DNA of 10,852 nucleotides from a bacterium (GTDB lineage Bacteria; Muiribacteriota; UBA6191): NCBI GenBank assembly GCA_036339875.1, contig JAYZAC010000076.1, positions 1 to 10,852 of the forward strand, read 5' to 3'. Shown piece by piece: positions 1 to 7,437 of this stretch (position 1 is its first letter; each line of letters starts with the position of its first letter). The notes under the pieces were generated by a model. It saw only the letters and a program-made list of their open reading frames with translations, ran no database searches and was not told where the DNA came from. The position numbers and the translations under genes were made by a program.

Positions 1-315
1 GAAGGATGACATTATCTGTACGAGAGCGGCACTTCCTTGGTCCATACCATAAAGGTTACTACTTTGCTGACGCATCCTATTGGAGATGATCTGACGTTCA
101 ATCACATCTTGTTGGTCTAGTGGAATTCTCTCGAATGAACGGTTAATTTTCACCTGAATTTTAATTGGTGTGGATCCGTTTTTTTCTGAATTTTGTTTAT
201 CGATTGTTACATGACACAGTTTGGGTACACTACTTTTTATACATTGCTTATTTTTAAATTCAAAGCTAGCGCTATGGACTACGATTAGGAGTATAAGAAT
301 AAAACTACGAAGCAT
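1..315 (-). CDS. Partial CDS (5' end) of a hypothetical secreted protein, continues beyond left edge
   Basis: Manual translation: ATG at 315 is open to position 1 (105 codons): MLRSFILILLIVVHSASFEFKNKQCIKSSVPKLCHVTIDKQ...GSAALVQIMSSF. The N-terminus is a Sec-type signal peptide (basic residue, hydrophobic core, HSA|S). It is the first ATG after an in-frame TAA near 390. Confidence 0.75.
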   Translation of the reverse strand, partial: MLRSFILILLIVVHSASFEFKNKQCIKSSVPKLCHVTIDKQNSEKNGSTPIKIQVKINRSFERIPLDQQDVIERQIISNRMRQQSSNLYGMDQGSAALVQIMSSF

Positions 316-377
316 ATACTGATAACCTATCTGTTTATAAATAATAAGGCAAGGTGTATTGCGAAGCTTATTAGGGG

Positions 378-405
378 TTGACGTGTCTTAAAGTATCCCT
401 ACAAT
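378..405 (+). promoter_or_regulatory. Sigma70-type promoter for the 475..1305 gene
   Basis: TTGACG (378-383), 16-nt spacer, TACAAT (400-405); each hexamer is 5/6 consensus. AGGAG RBS at 462-466 precedes ATG 475. Confidence 0.65.
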
Positions 406-474
406 AGGTTGGCGATCTGTATAAGTAGCTTTATTAGTGACTTTTAGGTACTAAAATAAACAGGAGAACCTTCA

Positions 475-1305
475 ATGATCGCAATTAAAAATTTCAGTGC
501 AGTGGTGCTTGCCGCGATTTTATTAACTAAAATTCATTCTTATCCTCAGGCACAGATGATTGAAAAAACTCGGGCCATCCATCAATTGGCTTGGGAAGTC
601 AGAGATAATTCTAATCGTGTTGCCTCATCTAAAGAGCAAGCAATGATTTATCAAAAAACCCTCGAAACATTTGAGTCAAACTCGAATGCTCTGGCTAAAC
701 AATTGGTACAAGCTGGAGATTGGAAGACTTTTTCAGATTACTATAAAACCCTAGATGATGCCGGTAAGCAGAATCTCGAATTTGTAGTGCAAGGGATAAT
801 CAGCCGAGTCTTCTTAAATGAGAATAGTACTGACTTCAGTTTGAATTCACAGGAATATTTTCCGGGATATGGCTACGCCAAACCTGGCTATACGTACCGA
901 AGAGGTGAAGAGGTTGAGCGTGAGTTTTTATATGCTTATTGGAAAGATGAGGAAATCGATGAATTCACCTCGATGGAAAAAGAATTAACCATTGAAGTAA
1001 AACTTCTGGCTCAGTTGAAGCTGGCGATTCCGGAACTGATAGAAGGTGTGAAAGCCGATGTCGATGTGGATGGCACGATACATCAAGTGGTCAAGATCAA
1101 AATCAAGAAGGAACTCAAGATTCATACTAAACAGAAGCTTAAATTGGGAGTAGAGAAGGCTTGGTTTAAACTTTACGAGGCTAAGAAGAAATGGTGGGGT
1201 GACTTGGAGTGGAAGTATGCAGGAAAAACATATCAGCACGATACTTCACCTACTGGTGAGCAAGTTATCATTGAGGCGGAGGTTGCTGAGTCTCCTACAA
1301 ACTAA
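475..1305 (+). CDS. Hypothetical secreted protein: helical N-terminal half, long beta-strand C-terminal half
   Basis: 276-aa ORF with RBS AGGAG and signal-peptide-like N-terminus (MIAIKNFSAVVLAAILLTKIHS|YP), bounded by promoter and terminator. No family recognised with certainty. Confidence 0.85.
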   Translation: MIAIKNFSAVVLAAILLTKIHSYPQAQMIEKTRAIHQLAWEVRDNSNRVASSKEQAMIYQKTLETFESNSNALAKQLVQAGDWKTFSDYYKTLDDAGKQNLEFVVQGIISRVFLNENSTDFSLNSQEYFPGYGYAKPGYTYRRGEEVEREFLYAYWKDEEIDEFTSMEKELTIEVKLLAQLKLAIPELIEGVKADVDVDGTIHQVVKIKIKKELKIHTKQKLKLGVEKAWFKLYEAKKKWWGDLEWKYAGKTYQHDTSPTGEQVIIEAEVAESPTN

Positions 1306-1336
1306 TATCAGCTGTAAATAACCTTAAAATTGATAT

Positions 1337-1372
1337 AAACGCTGCACAATTTTGTGCAGCGTTTTGTATTTG
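1337..1372 (+). terminator. Intrinsic terminator, possibly bidirectional
   Basis: Perfect 13-bp inverted repeat AAACGCTGCACAA (1337-1349) / TTGTGCAGCGTTT (1352-1364) running into a T-rich tract, 31 nt after the stop at 1305. Confidence 0.85.
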
Positions 1373-1565
1373 GTCTGCTAATTTAAGAAAGAATTCGAAA
1401 GGGCAGCAATGCTAAATGTAAATTGATACAATTTATTTTTTATCGATTTTTTAGCATGTATCACAGTTAGCTTATGTTTCTTGTACCTTTTTATACCGGC
1501 TCAAAATTATTATTCACTAAATATCTTTGATTTGCATCATCAATTGAGACAGAATATTAATCATT

Positions 1566-2816
1566 ATGGTTACGATAAGTTTGTGTACTATATTTAGAGA
1601 TGAGGAAGAGTTTTTACCGGAATTTTTAGACTTATTGGAGGATTCTGTTGATGAATTAGTTCTGGTAGATACTGGTTCAGTAGACAATAGCCTTAAAATT
1701 ATTAAGGAAAAAGGTCATGCAATTCATTATTTCGAATGGATTAATCACTTCAGTAAAGCTCGCAATTACTGTCTATCACTAGCGACTAGCGATTGGATAC
1801 TGATGTTAGATGTTGATGATCGAATTGAGTTGGAGAACCTTCAATTACTCAAAGCTAAAATCCAGAATACAGATCGAGACGCAATCTACGTGCCATATAT
1901 CAGTATTACTAATAAGGATTGGAGAAACTTTAAGCATAACTCTACAGCGATCCAGAATCGATTGGTTGCTTTTAGAAATCATCGAGGTTTCCACTATAGA
2001 AATCCTGTCCACGAAAATATTGAAAATGTAGTCGAGGAAATGGGGGGCACTTTCGATTTTATCAAAGCACCTGTATATCATCTTGGTTACGCTGAGGAAT
2101 TAAACAAGTTAAAAGAAGCTCGAAATAAAAATTTGATTCAAACAAATTATGAAGATAATCCCTCTGACCCAGAGAATATATTAAATTATTGTGCAATGTG
2201 TTGGGATGATCCTCAAGTTCCTGATTTGCTGCGTCAGGTCCTTCAATCTGGCTCAAACCATCAAAGCTATAATGCTGGTAGTAAATTATTAACATGGATG
2301 GACGACAAAGGTGTGGCTTTACCTGATGAAAAAAATATTGAACTATCCCTTCTGGAAATTCATGCAAGAAGCGGAATTGTAAACTTAAGAAGGGGTCGTA
2401 GATTCTTTGCCGAATCAAAAGTTGATGAGGCCTTAAATTGTTATCAGATTGCCTATGAGGGTATGCAATTTGAAATACTTGAGAGATTACCTAGGGAAGA
2501 AATTCTAGAACGCTTGGGTCTGCTATATGCGATGAATAAAAATTTGGATAAAGCTTGTGAAACTTTCAGAGAGTGGGAGCTAGCGTTTGGCCGATCTCCT
2601 AGCAGCTTTCACTTGCTTCTCAAAACTTTATTTGCACAAAGAAATTACGGAACTTTTGTTAAAGAAATTCAGAATCCACCCAAAAACTTACGTGAAATGA
2701 TTCCTGAACGTCTTGAAGAATTAAGAAATTTTTTAAGTGTTATGCAGTTTGATGGGCAAGCTGAAATATTAAATAAATTTTGCGAAAGTGCAGGAATCGA
2801 AACGGGTAAAGTGTGA
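1566..2816 (+). CDS. Family 2 (GT-A) glycosyltransferase with C-terminal TPR-like helical region
   Basis: Motifs ISLCTIFRDEE, VDTGSVDNS, FEWINHFSKARN, DWILMLDVDD (DXD at aa 82-84), FRN..FHYRNPVHE, YHLGY and K..RN match the beta-4-glucosyltransferase-like/SunS-like GT2-TPR group. TPR-like segments: RGRRFFAESKVDEALNCYQIA and LERLGLLYAMNKNLDKACETFRE. Confidence 0.92.
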   Translation: MVTISLCTIFRDEEEFLPEFLDLLEDSVDELVLVDTGSVDNSLKIIKEKGHAIHYFEWINHFSKARNYCLSLATSDWILMLDVDDRIELENLQLLKAKIQNTDRDAIYVPYISITNKDWRNFKHNSTAIQNRLVAFRNHRGFHYRNPVHENIENVVEEMGGTFDFIKAPVYHLGYAEELNKLKEARNKNLIQTNYEDNPSDPENILNYCAMCWDDPQVPDLLRQVLQSGSNHQSYNAGSKLLTWMDDKGVALPDEKNIELSLLEIHARSGIVNLRRGRRFFAESKVDEALNCYQIAYEGMQFEILERLPREEILERLGLLYAMNKNLDKACETFREWELAFGRSPSSFHLLLKTLFAQRNYGTFVKEIQNPPKNLREMIPERLEELRNFLSVMQFDGQAEILNKFCESAGIETGKV

Positions 2817-4060
2817 GTATACCGTCGATTAGTATTTGTACAATTTTCAAAAATGAAGAGCAATTTTTGCCGGAGTTTTTAGATTGCTTTGATCATTTAG
2901 CAGATGAATGGATATTGACTGATACGGGTAGCACTGATGATAGTATTGATATAATTACCAACAAAGGAATAAATTACCTTTCTTTTCCATGGTGTGACCA
3001 TTTTGGCAAAGCTAGGAACTTCGGTATTGCTAAAGCAAAGTCCGACTGGATTTTTGTTGTAGATGTAGATGATCGTATTAGATATGAACATGCAAAGATT
3101 CTCAAAGATGTGCTTCAAAAAACCTCGGCTATAGCTATAACCATTAACTATGTTAATCTCAAAAAATCAAATTGGATTGAGGATGAGCCAAGTGAGTTGA
3201 ATCGTCAAGTTCGGATGGTATGCTTCCGTAATGGACTAAATATTCATTATCGCGGTGCTGTTCATGAGGACCCAATGGCAAGTATAGAAGAAATCGATGG
3301 TGAGATTATTCATTTGGATATCCCAATTTATCATTTGGGATATATGGATCATCTTCTAGAATTAAAGTCAGTTCGTAATAGTAAGCTTCTGAATAAACAA
3401 TGGGAAGATGGTCGAAGAGACCCAGACTTGGTTCACCATTATACTTCATTACATTGGGGTCCTAAAAAGTGGATAAGAGAAGCACTTGAAAGCGCACAGG
3501 ATAATATAAGTTCCTTTAGATCAACTCGTGTAGTCGAAGACTTGTATTACTGGTATTTAGATTTTGACTCAAACTCTTGTACTAATATCAAGCAAAGTCT
3601 GAAAATTCATAGACCGGATAGTGCCGCTTTTCTCTTGGAGTCAGCTCGGCAGAATTTCATGGAACATAAATCTGACATAGCCTTCAAACTGTTTAAGGAC
3701 CTATGGATGAGACCGGAACTATTCTACCCTATACGATATAGATCTGAAGTGGCTTTAAGATTGGCGTTTCTTTATGCGAGTCAAGCAAATCTGGTAGATG
3801 CTAATCAGCTAATAGATAGCTATCTAGAGAAGTACTCTTGGACAGCGAGTTTATGGCACCTAAAGTTTAAATTATTAGCAGCTTTAGGATCTTGGAATGA
3901 ACTACAAGTACTATTGAACAGCGAAATACCAAATTTAGTTGTGAATCTAGGAGAGCAAAAAATGAATGAAATTATTGAAATCATGGGGCGTAGTCCGGTT
4001 CAATTAGATATTCCCGATAAGCTCAAAAGACTGATTGAGGAAAAATTAAATTCTATTTAG
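2813..4060 (+). CDS. Family 2 (GT-A) glycosyltransferase with C-terminal TPR-like helical region, paralog of 1566..2816
   Basis: Motifs ISICTIFKNEE, TDTGSTDDS, FPWCDHFGKARN, DWIFVVDVDD (DXD at aa 84-86), FRNGLNIHYRGAVHE, YHLGY and KSVRN. GTG start overlaps the upstream TGA (GTGA 2813-2816). Confidence 0.92.
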   Translation: MSIPSISICTIFKNEEQFLPEFLDCFDHLADEWILTDTGSTDDSIDIITNKGINYLSFPWCDHFGKARNFGIAKAKSDWIFVVDVDDRIRYEHAKILKDVLQKTSAIAITINYVNLKKSNWIEDEPSELNRQVRMVCFRNGLNIHYRGAVHEDPMASIEEIDGEIIHLDIPIYHLGYMDHLLELKSVRNSKLLNKQWEDGRRDPDLVHHYTSLHWGPKKWIREALESAQDNISSFRSTRVVEDLYYWYLDFDSNSCTNIKQSLKIHRPDSAAFLLESARQNFMEHKSDIAFKLFKDLWMRPELFYPIRYRSEVALRLAFLYASQANLVDANQLIDSYLEKYSWTASLWHLKFKLLAALGSWNELQVLLNSEIPNLVVNLGEQKMNEIIEIMGRSPVQLDIPDKLKRLIEEKLNSI

Positions 4061-4067
4061 GAGGGTC

Positions 4068-6575
4068 ATGGATCATTTTGTTAAAGCCCGTGTTTTAGCT
4101 CAAGAAATCATAAAAATTTCATTTGATGATCATGATATTTCTTCTGACAAAGTGCCCGATGAACTTCGATTGTGGTGGAAAGAAACCGAAGTTTATTTGG
4201 GATTTATTCTAAGTAATCCGATTTCAGACTCTGTACAAATTAATAATTTTCTTAAATTATTACGTGAAGTTATCGATAAGGTGCCGCCAGCGATTTATGG
4301 TACTAAACTCCCAATTATTCAAAAGCTAATATGGTTTTGTGATGATTATTTAGCTAGTTCAAAAACCTACCAAAAGAAAGTTATTTCAAAGTTTCATTCA
4401 GAGCTATTAGATTTCAGGCACAAGAATGAAAATGCATTCAAGACTAAGAAAAAACATATTTTTGACCATGTAGAATTGGAAGTAGAAAAACTTTTTGATA
4501 GTACAGTTGTAGCAAGCCTAGAAGACGATCAGTTGATTGAACAATGGTTAATACTCGATGAACTCGAATTAGCTAAAGAATTTTCGAAGCAATTAATGAA
4601 CTGTAATGAAGAAAAAGATTTCAAAAAATTAGGGGTAATCCTTTGGCGATTTTTTCACATTAGCTACTTCGCAAAGTCAGGTTTATCTGTAGCTTTGTTA
4701 GCATGGCTCAAAACAGCTCGAAGAGTTATTTTTCAATCAAGTGAGCCAGATTTATTAATTAAAATACTATCTTTTCTTCCCATTATTTTAGAGCAGGAGT
4801 ATTCATTACCCTTTAAAATACGACGTAAACAGCAGTTCAGTGAATTATTCGAAGAAGCAAAGAACTTACTGAGGCAGATACATTTTTCGCGGGAGTTCAA
4901 TCGGAAATTTGATTCTCTAACTCGCCAATATTGGAAGTTTTTTTTCTATTTTATTCGGCGCGAAAAATATCCAGCTTTCGAATTATTGATGGAAATTTTT
5001 GTACCTATTTTAGAGGTAAAATTCAATGTATCGGAGGGTCGCAGTAATTGTTCGGCAGAAATATCTGAGGTCTATTATGCACTCAAGACTTCAAATAAGC
5101 TTAGATTTCGTGAATGCATAAAAAACACACTTAAAGAGTCAATCGAAACTGGTTCACACTGTTTTGCCGACTTATTTCCTTCAAATATACCTACTGAACA
5201 ATTAGATAAGTACTCTTTACTTGATGCTGTTATCTATGAGGCTGCAAAGGATGGTGAGATTGACGTTGATGAACGAGAAATACTGAAAAATCTTTTCGCG
5301 TTACTCAATTTGAATAAAAAAGAAACGCTAGATAGGATTGATGAGATTAAGTCACAAGTTCGTAGCGATAATAAGGTTTCAGGAGCATTGAATCCCAGAG
5401 AATTAATGCGGAAAATTTTGACTATAGCATTTGCTGATGGTGACTTGAATTCTTCGGAAAAAGAACTAATCAACATCACTGGAAAAGCATTAGGTATTAC
5501 AAGAATTGAAATGCAGGAGCTCTTCTTTGTAGTGAAAGACCAGGAGGGTGATAAAGGTCTAGAGGAACTCGCAATGATTAGTTTATTTGGCTTTAATCCA
5601 GATTTTGATCTTCACTGGGAAGCGTTTCAGGCAGAAAATTTAATGTTTGAGGGGGTAAGTCGTGAATTCAAGATTTTGACGGACTCAGAGAAACTTATAT
5701 TCGATGGTGATCAAGTGGATTGGGGTGAGTTCCATCCTGTTCCATTAAATGTTGAACTTATTAGAATGTCAGGTAGTAACAAAGTAGGTATCTTTTTCTT
5801 TGTTGATCGAAGAGGAGTACTGCTACTTCGAGAAATATTGAATTTCTTGGCTTACGTCATAGTAAAAGAAGGTGATTCTGATTCGAAGATTCGTTTACAA
5901 ATGTGCGATGGTCGAGAAATAGTCATTTATCAAAATGAAGGCTTCTATTTTGATAATGATTTAAGGCAAGCTTTACAGCAGCAAAACGGAAAGGTGTCGC
6001 TTGTCTTAGTTGACTCCGAAAATCGTCAAATTATTTCGTATTTTGAAAGCGGTTGCGGTGTGCTAGAAGATCAGCGTTGGCAAGCTGGATTCGAGGCTAT
6101 CCAAAGTAATGATGAAAATATAATTAAATTGCTATCAAAAAAGGCAGACCGTGAAACTCCGGGTGACAGGTATGCCAGAAATTTGTCTAGTCGCTCTATT
6201 CTTCAGTCTGAAAATGCATTGAATAGACTGAATGAATTTGAAAAATACTATCATTATGTTAGTGAAAATGACCCATTCGACTATGAATTTTTATATCTAT
6301 TTGCTTCTTGTTTATATACAGCGGGTCGACACTCGGATGCTGAAAAAATGTTGAAACGTTCACTGAGAGCTAATGATAGATATTTTCCAAGTTTACTACT
6401 GCTATGCGAGCACCTCAGAGATGTTTCTTCAAATGAACTATATACCTATTTGATAAAATTATTAATATATTTTGGTGACAGCTTTGATTTAGAGAAATTT
6501 TTGAAGGATTCTAACCAGATAGATTATCAGAAACATCTTCAGAACTTGAGCGAGACTGTTTTTGTGCCTAATTGA
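4068..6575 (+). CDS. Large multidomain protein with central TerB-like domain and C-terminal TPR
   Basis: 835 aa. RBS AGGAGG overlaps the upstream TAG stop; 7-nt gap. Paired TerB-type motifs AAKDGEIDVDEREIL (KDG aa 394-396) and AFADGDLNSSEKELI (ADG aa 456-458). TPR-like ENDPFDYEFLYLFASCLYTAGRHSDAEKMLKRSL from aa 733. Confidence 0.8.
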   Translation: MDHFVKARVLAQEIIKISFDDHDISSDKVPDELRLWWKETEVYLGFILSNPISDSVQINNFLKLLREVIDKVPPAIYGTKLPIIQKLIWFCDDYLASSKTYQKKVISKFHSELLDFRHKNENAFKTKKKHIFDHVELEVEKLFDSTVVASLEDDQLIEQWLILDELELAKEFSKQLMNCNEEKDFKKLGVILWRFFHISYFAKSGLSVALLAWLKTARRVIFQSSEPDLLIKILSFLPIILEQEYSLPFKIRRKQQFSELFEEAKNLLRQIHFSREFNRKFDSLTRQYWKFFFYFIRREKYPAFELLMEIFVPILEVKFNVSEGRSNCSAEISEVYYALKTSNKLRFRECIKNTLKESIETGSHCFADLFPSNIPTEQLDKYSLLDAVIYEAAKDGEIDVDEREILKNLFALLNLNKKETLDRIDEIKSQVRSDNKVSGALNPRELMRKILTIAFADGDLNSSEKELINITGKALGITRIEMQELFFVVKDQEGDKGLEELAMISLFGFNPDFDLHWEAFQAENLMFEGVSREFKILTDSEKLIFDGDQVDWGEFHPVPLNVELIRMSGSNKVGIFFFVDRRGVLLLREILNFLAYVIVKEGDSDSKIRLQMCDGREIVIYQNEGFYFDNDLRQALQQQNGKVSLVLVDSENRQIISYFESGCGVLEDQRWQAGFEAIQSNDENIIKLLSKKADRETPGDRYARNLSSRSILQSENALNRLNEFEKYYHYVSENDPFDYEFLYLFASCLYTAGRHSDAEKMLKRSLRANDRYFPSLLLLCEHLRDVSSNELYTYLIKLLIYFGDSFDLEKFLKDSNQIDYQKHLQNLSETVFVPN

Positions 6576-6654
6576 AAGCTTTCACTATTTGTGGTAAACC
6601 TTAGAGTCATACCCTGTCTATTATCATGATTATTCAAAATATCTAGGAGTTAAT

Positions 6655-7407
6655 ATGTATTTCGTGCTGTCACCTGCAAAATCTTTGAATTCAGAATGTA
6701 GAGAACTGGATACAGATTATCGACCTTCTTTGCTTGAGGAGACAGCTGAGTTAGTCAAGATAATGAAGCAGAAAGATACCGTGGAGTTAAAAAGTTTGAT
6801 GGGTGTCAGCGATTCTATTGCCGAGCTTAATTATGAGCGTTATCAGTCGTTCGATATTCCATATTCCAATGAAGCTTCTCATCCTGCGATAACTCTTTTT
6901 GATGGGGATGTTTATAAAAATATTAAAACTGATGATTGGAGTCATGAGGATTTCGAATATGCTCAGCGTCACGGTTTCATACTCAGTGGTCTTTATGGTT
7001 TAATTCGTCCACTGGATAGAATTTTACCTTATCGATTGGAAATGGGGACCTCCTTAGAGAACCACCGAGGAAAGAATCTTTATGCATTTTGGGGTGATCA
7101 TATAACTAATCAAATTAACACTCAGCTAAAGGGAAAACCTCTCGTAAATTTAGCATCTAAAGAATATTTTAAGAGTATTAAACTTAAAAATTTAGACTCG
7201 AAAGTAATTCAAGTCGATTTTAAAGAGTGGAGAAATGGAAAGTTAAAAATGATAGGTTTCAATGCGAAGCGAGCGCGCGGAATGATGGCAGACTACATAG
7301 TCAAAGAAAGATTGAATAATCCCAATGACCTCAAGGGATTTAAGCTAGAGGGTTATGAATTTAGTGTAAATGATTCAACAGAGAATCATTATTTATTCCT
7401 TCGTTAA
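6655..7407 (+). CDS. yaaA: Peroxide stress protein YaaA (UPF0246/DUF328)
   Basis: Diagnostic motifs LSPAKSL, PAITLFDGDVY, ILSGLYGLIRPLDRILPYRLEMGT, NLYAFWG, VNLASKEY and AKRARGMMA; typical length; RBS AGGAG at 6646-6650. Confidence 0.96.
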   Translation: MYFVLSPAKSLNSECRELDTDYRPSLLEETAELVKIMKQKDTVELKSLMGVSDSIAELNYERYQSFDIPYSNEASHPAITLFDGDVYKNIKTDDWSHEDFEYAQRHGFILSGLYGLIRPLDRILPYRLEMGTSLENHRGKNLYAFWGDHITNQINTQLKGKPLVNLASKEYFKSIKLKNLDSKVIQVDFKEWRNGKLKMIGFNAKRARGMMADYIVKERLNNPNDLKGFKLEGYEFSVNDSTENHYLFLR

Positions 7408-7437
7408 TGATTGATAATTAAATTATAGGAGAACAGA

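Noticed and set aside
358..366. 9-mer ATTGCGAAG upstream of both minus-strand genes (358-366 and 10187-10195)
   Set aside because: A single repeated 9-mer is expected by chance in 11 kb, and the distances to the start codons differ.
1474..1530. 18-aa ORF MFLVPFYTGSKLLFTKYL as a glycocin-type precursor for the SunS-like GTs
   Set aside because: No RBS, no double-glycine leader, no cysteines, and no peptidase-ABC transporter or thiol-disulfide oxidoreductase nearby.
4068..6575. Calling this gene terB or djlA, or a tellurite-resistance operon
   Set aside because: Only about 110 of 835 aa are TerB-like, there is no J-domain, and no other ter genes are present.
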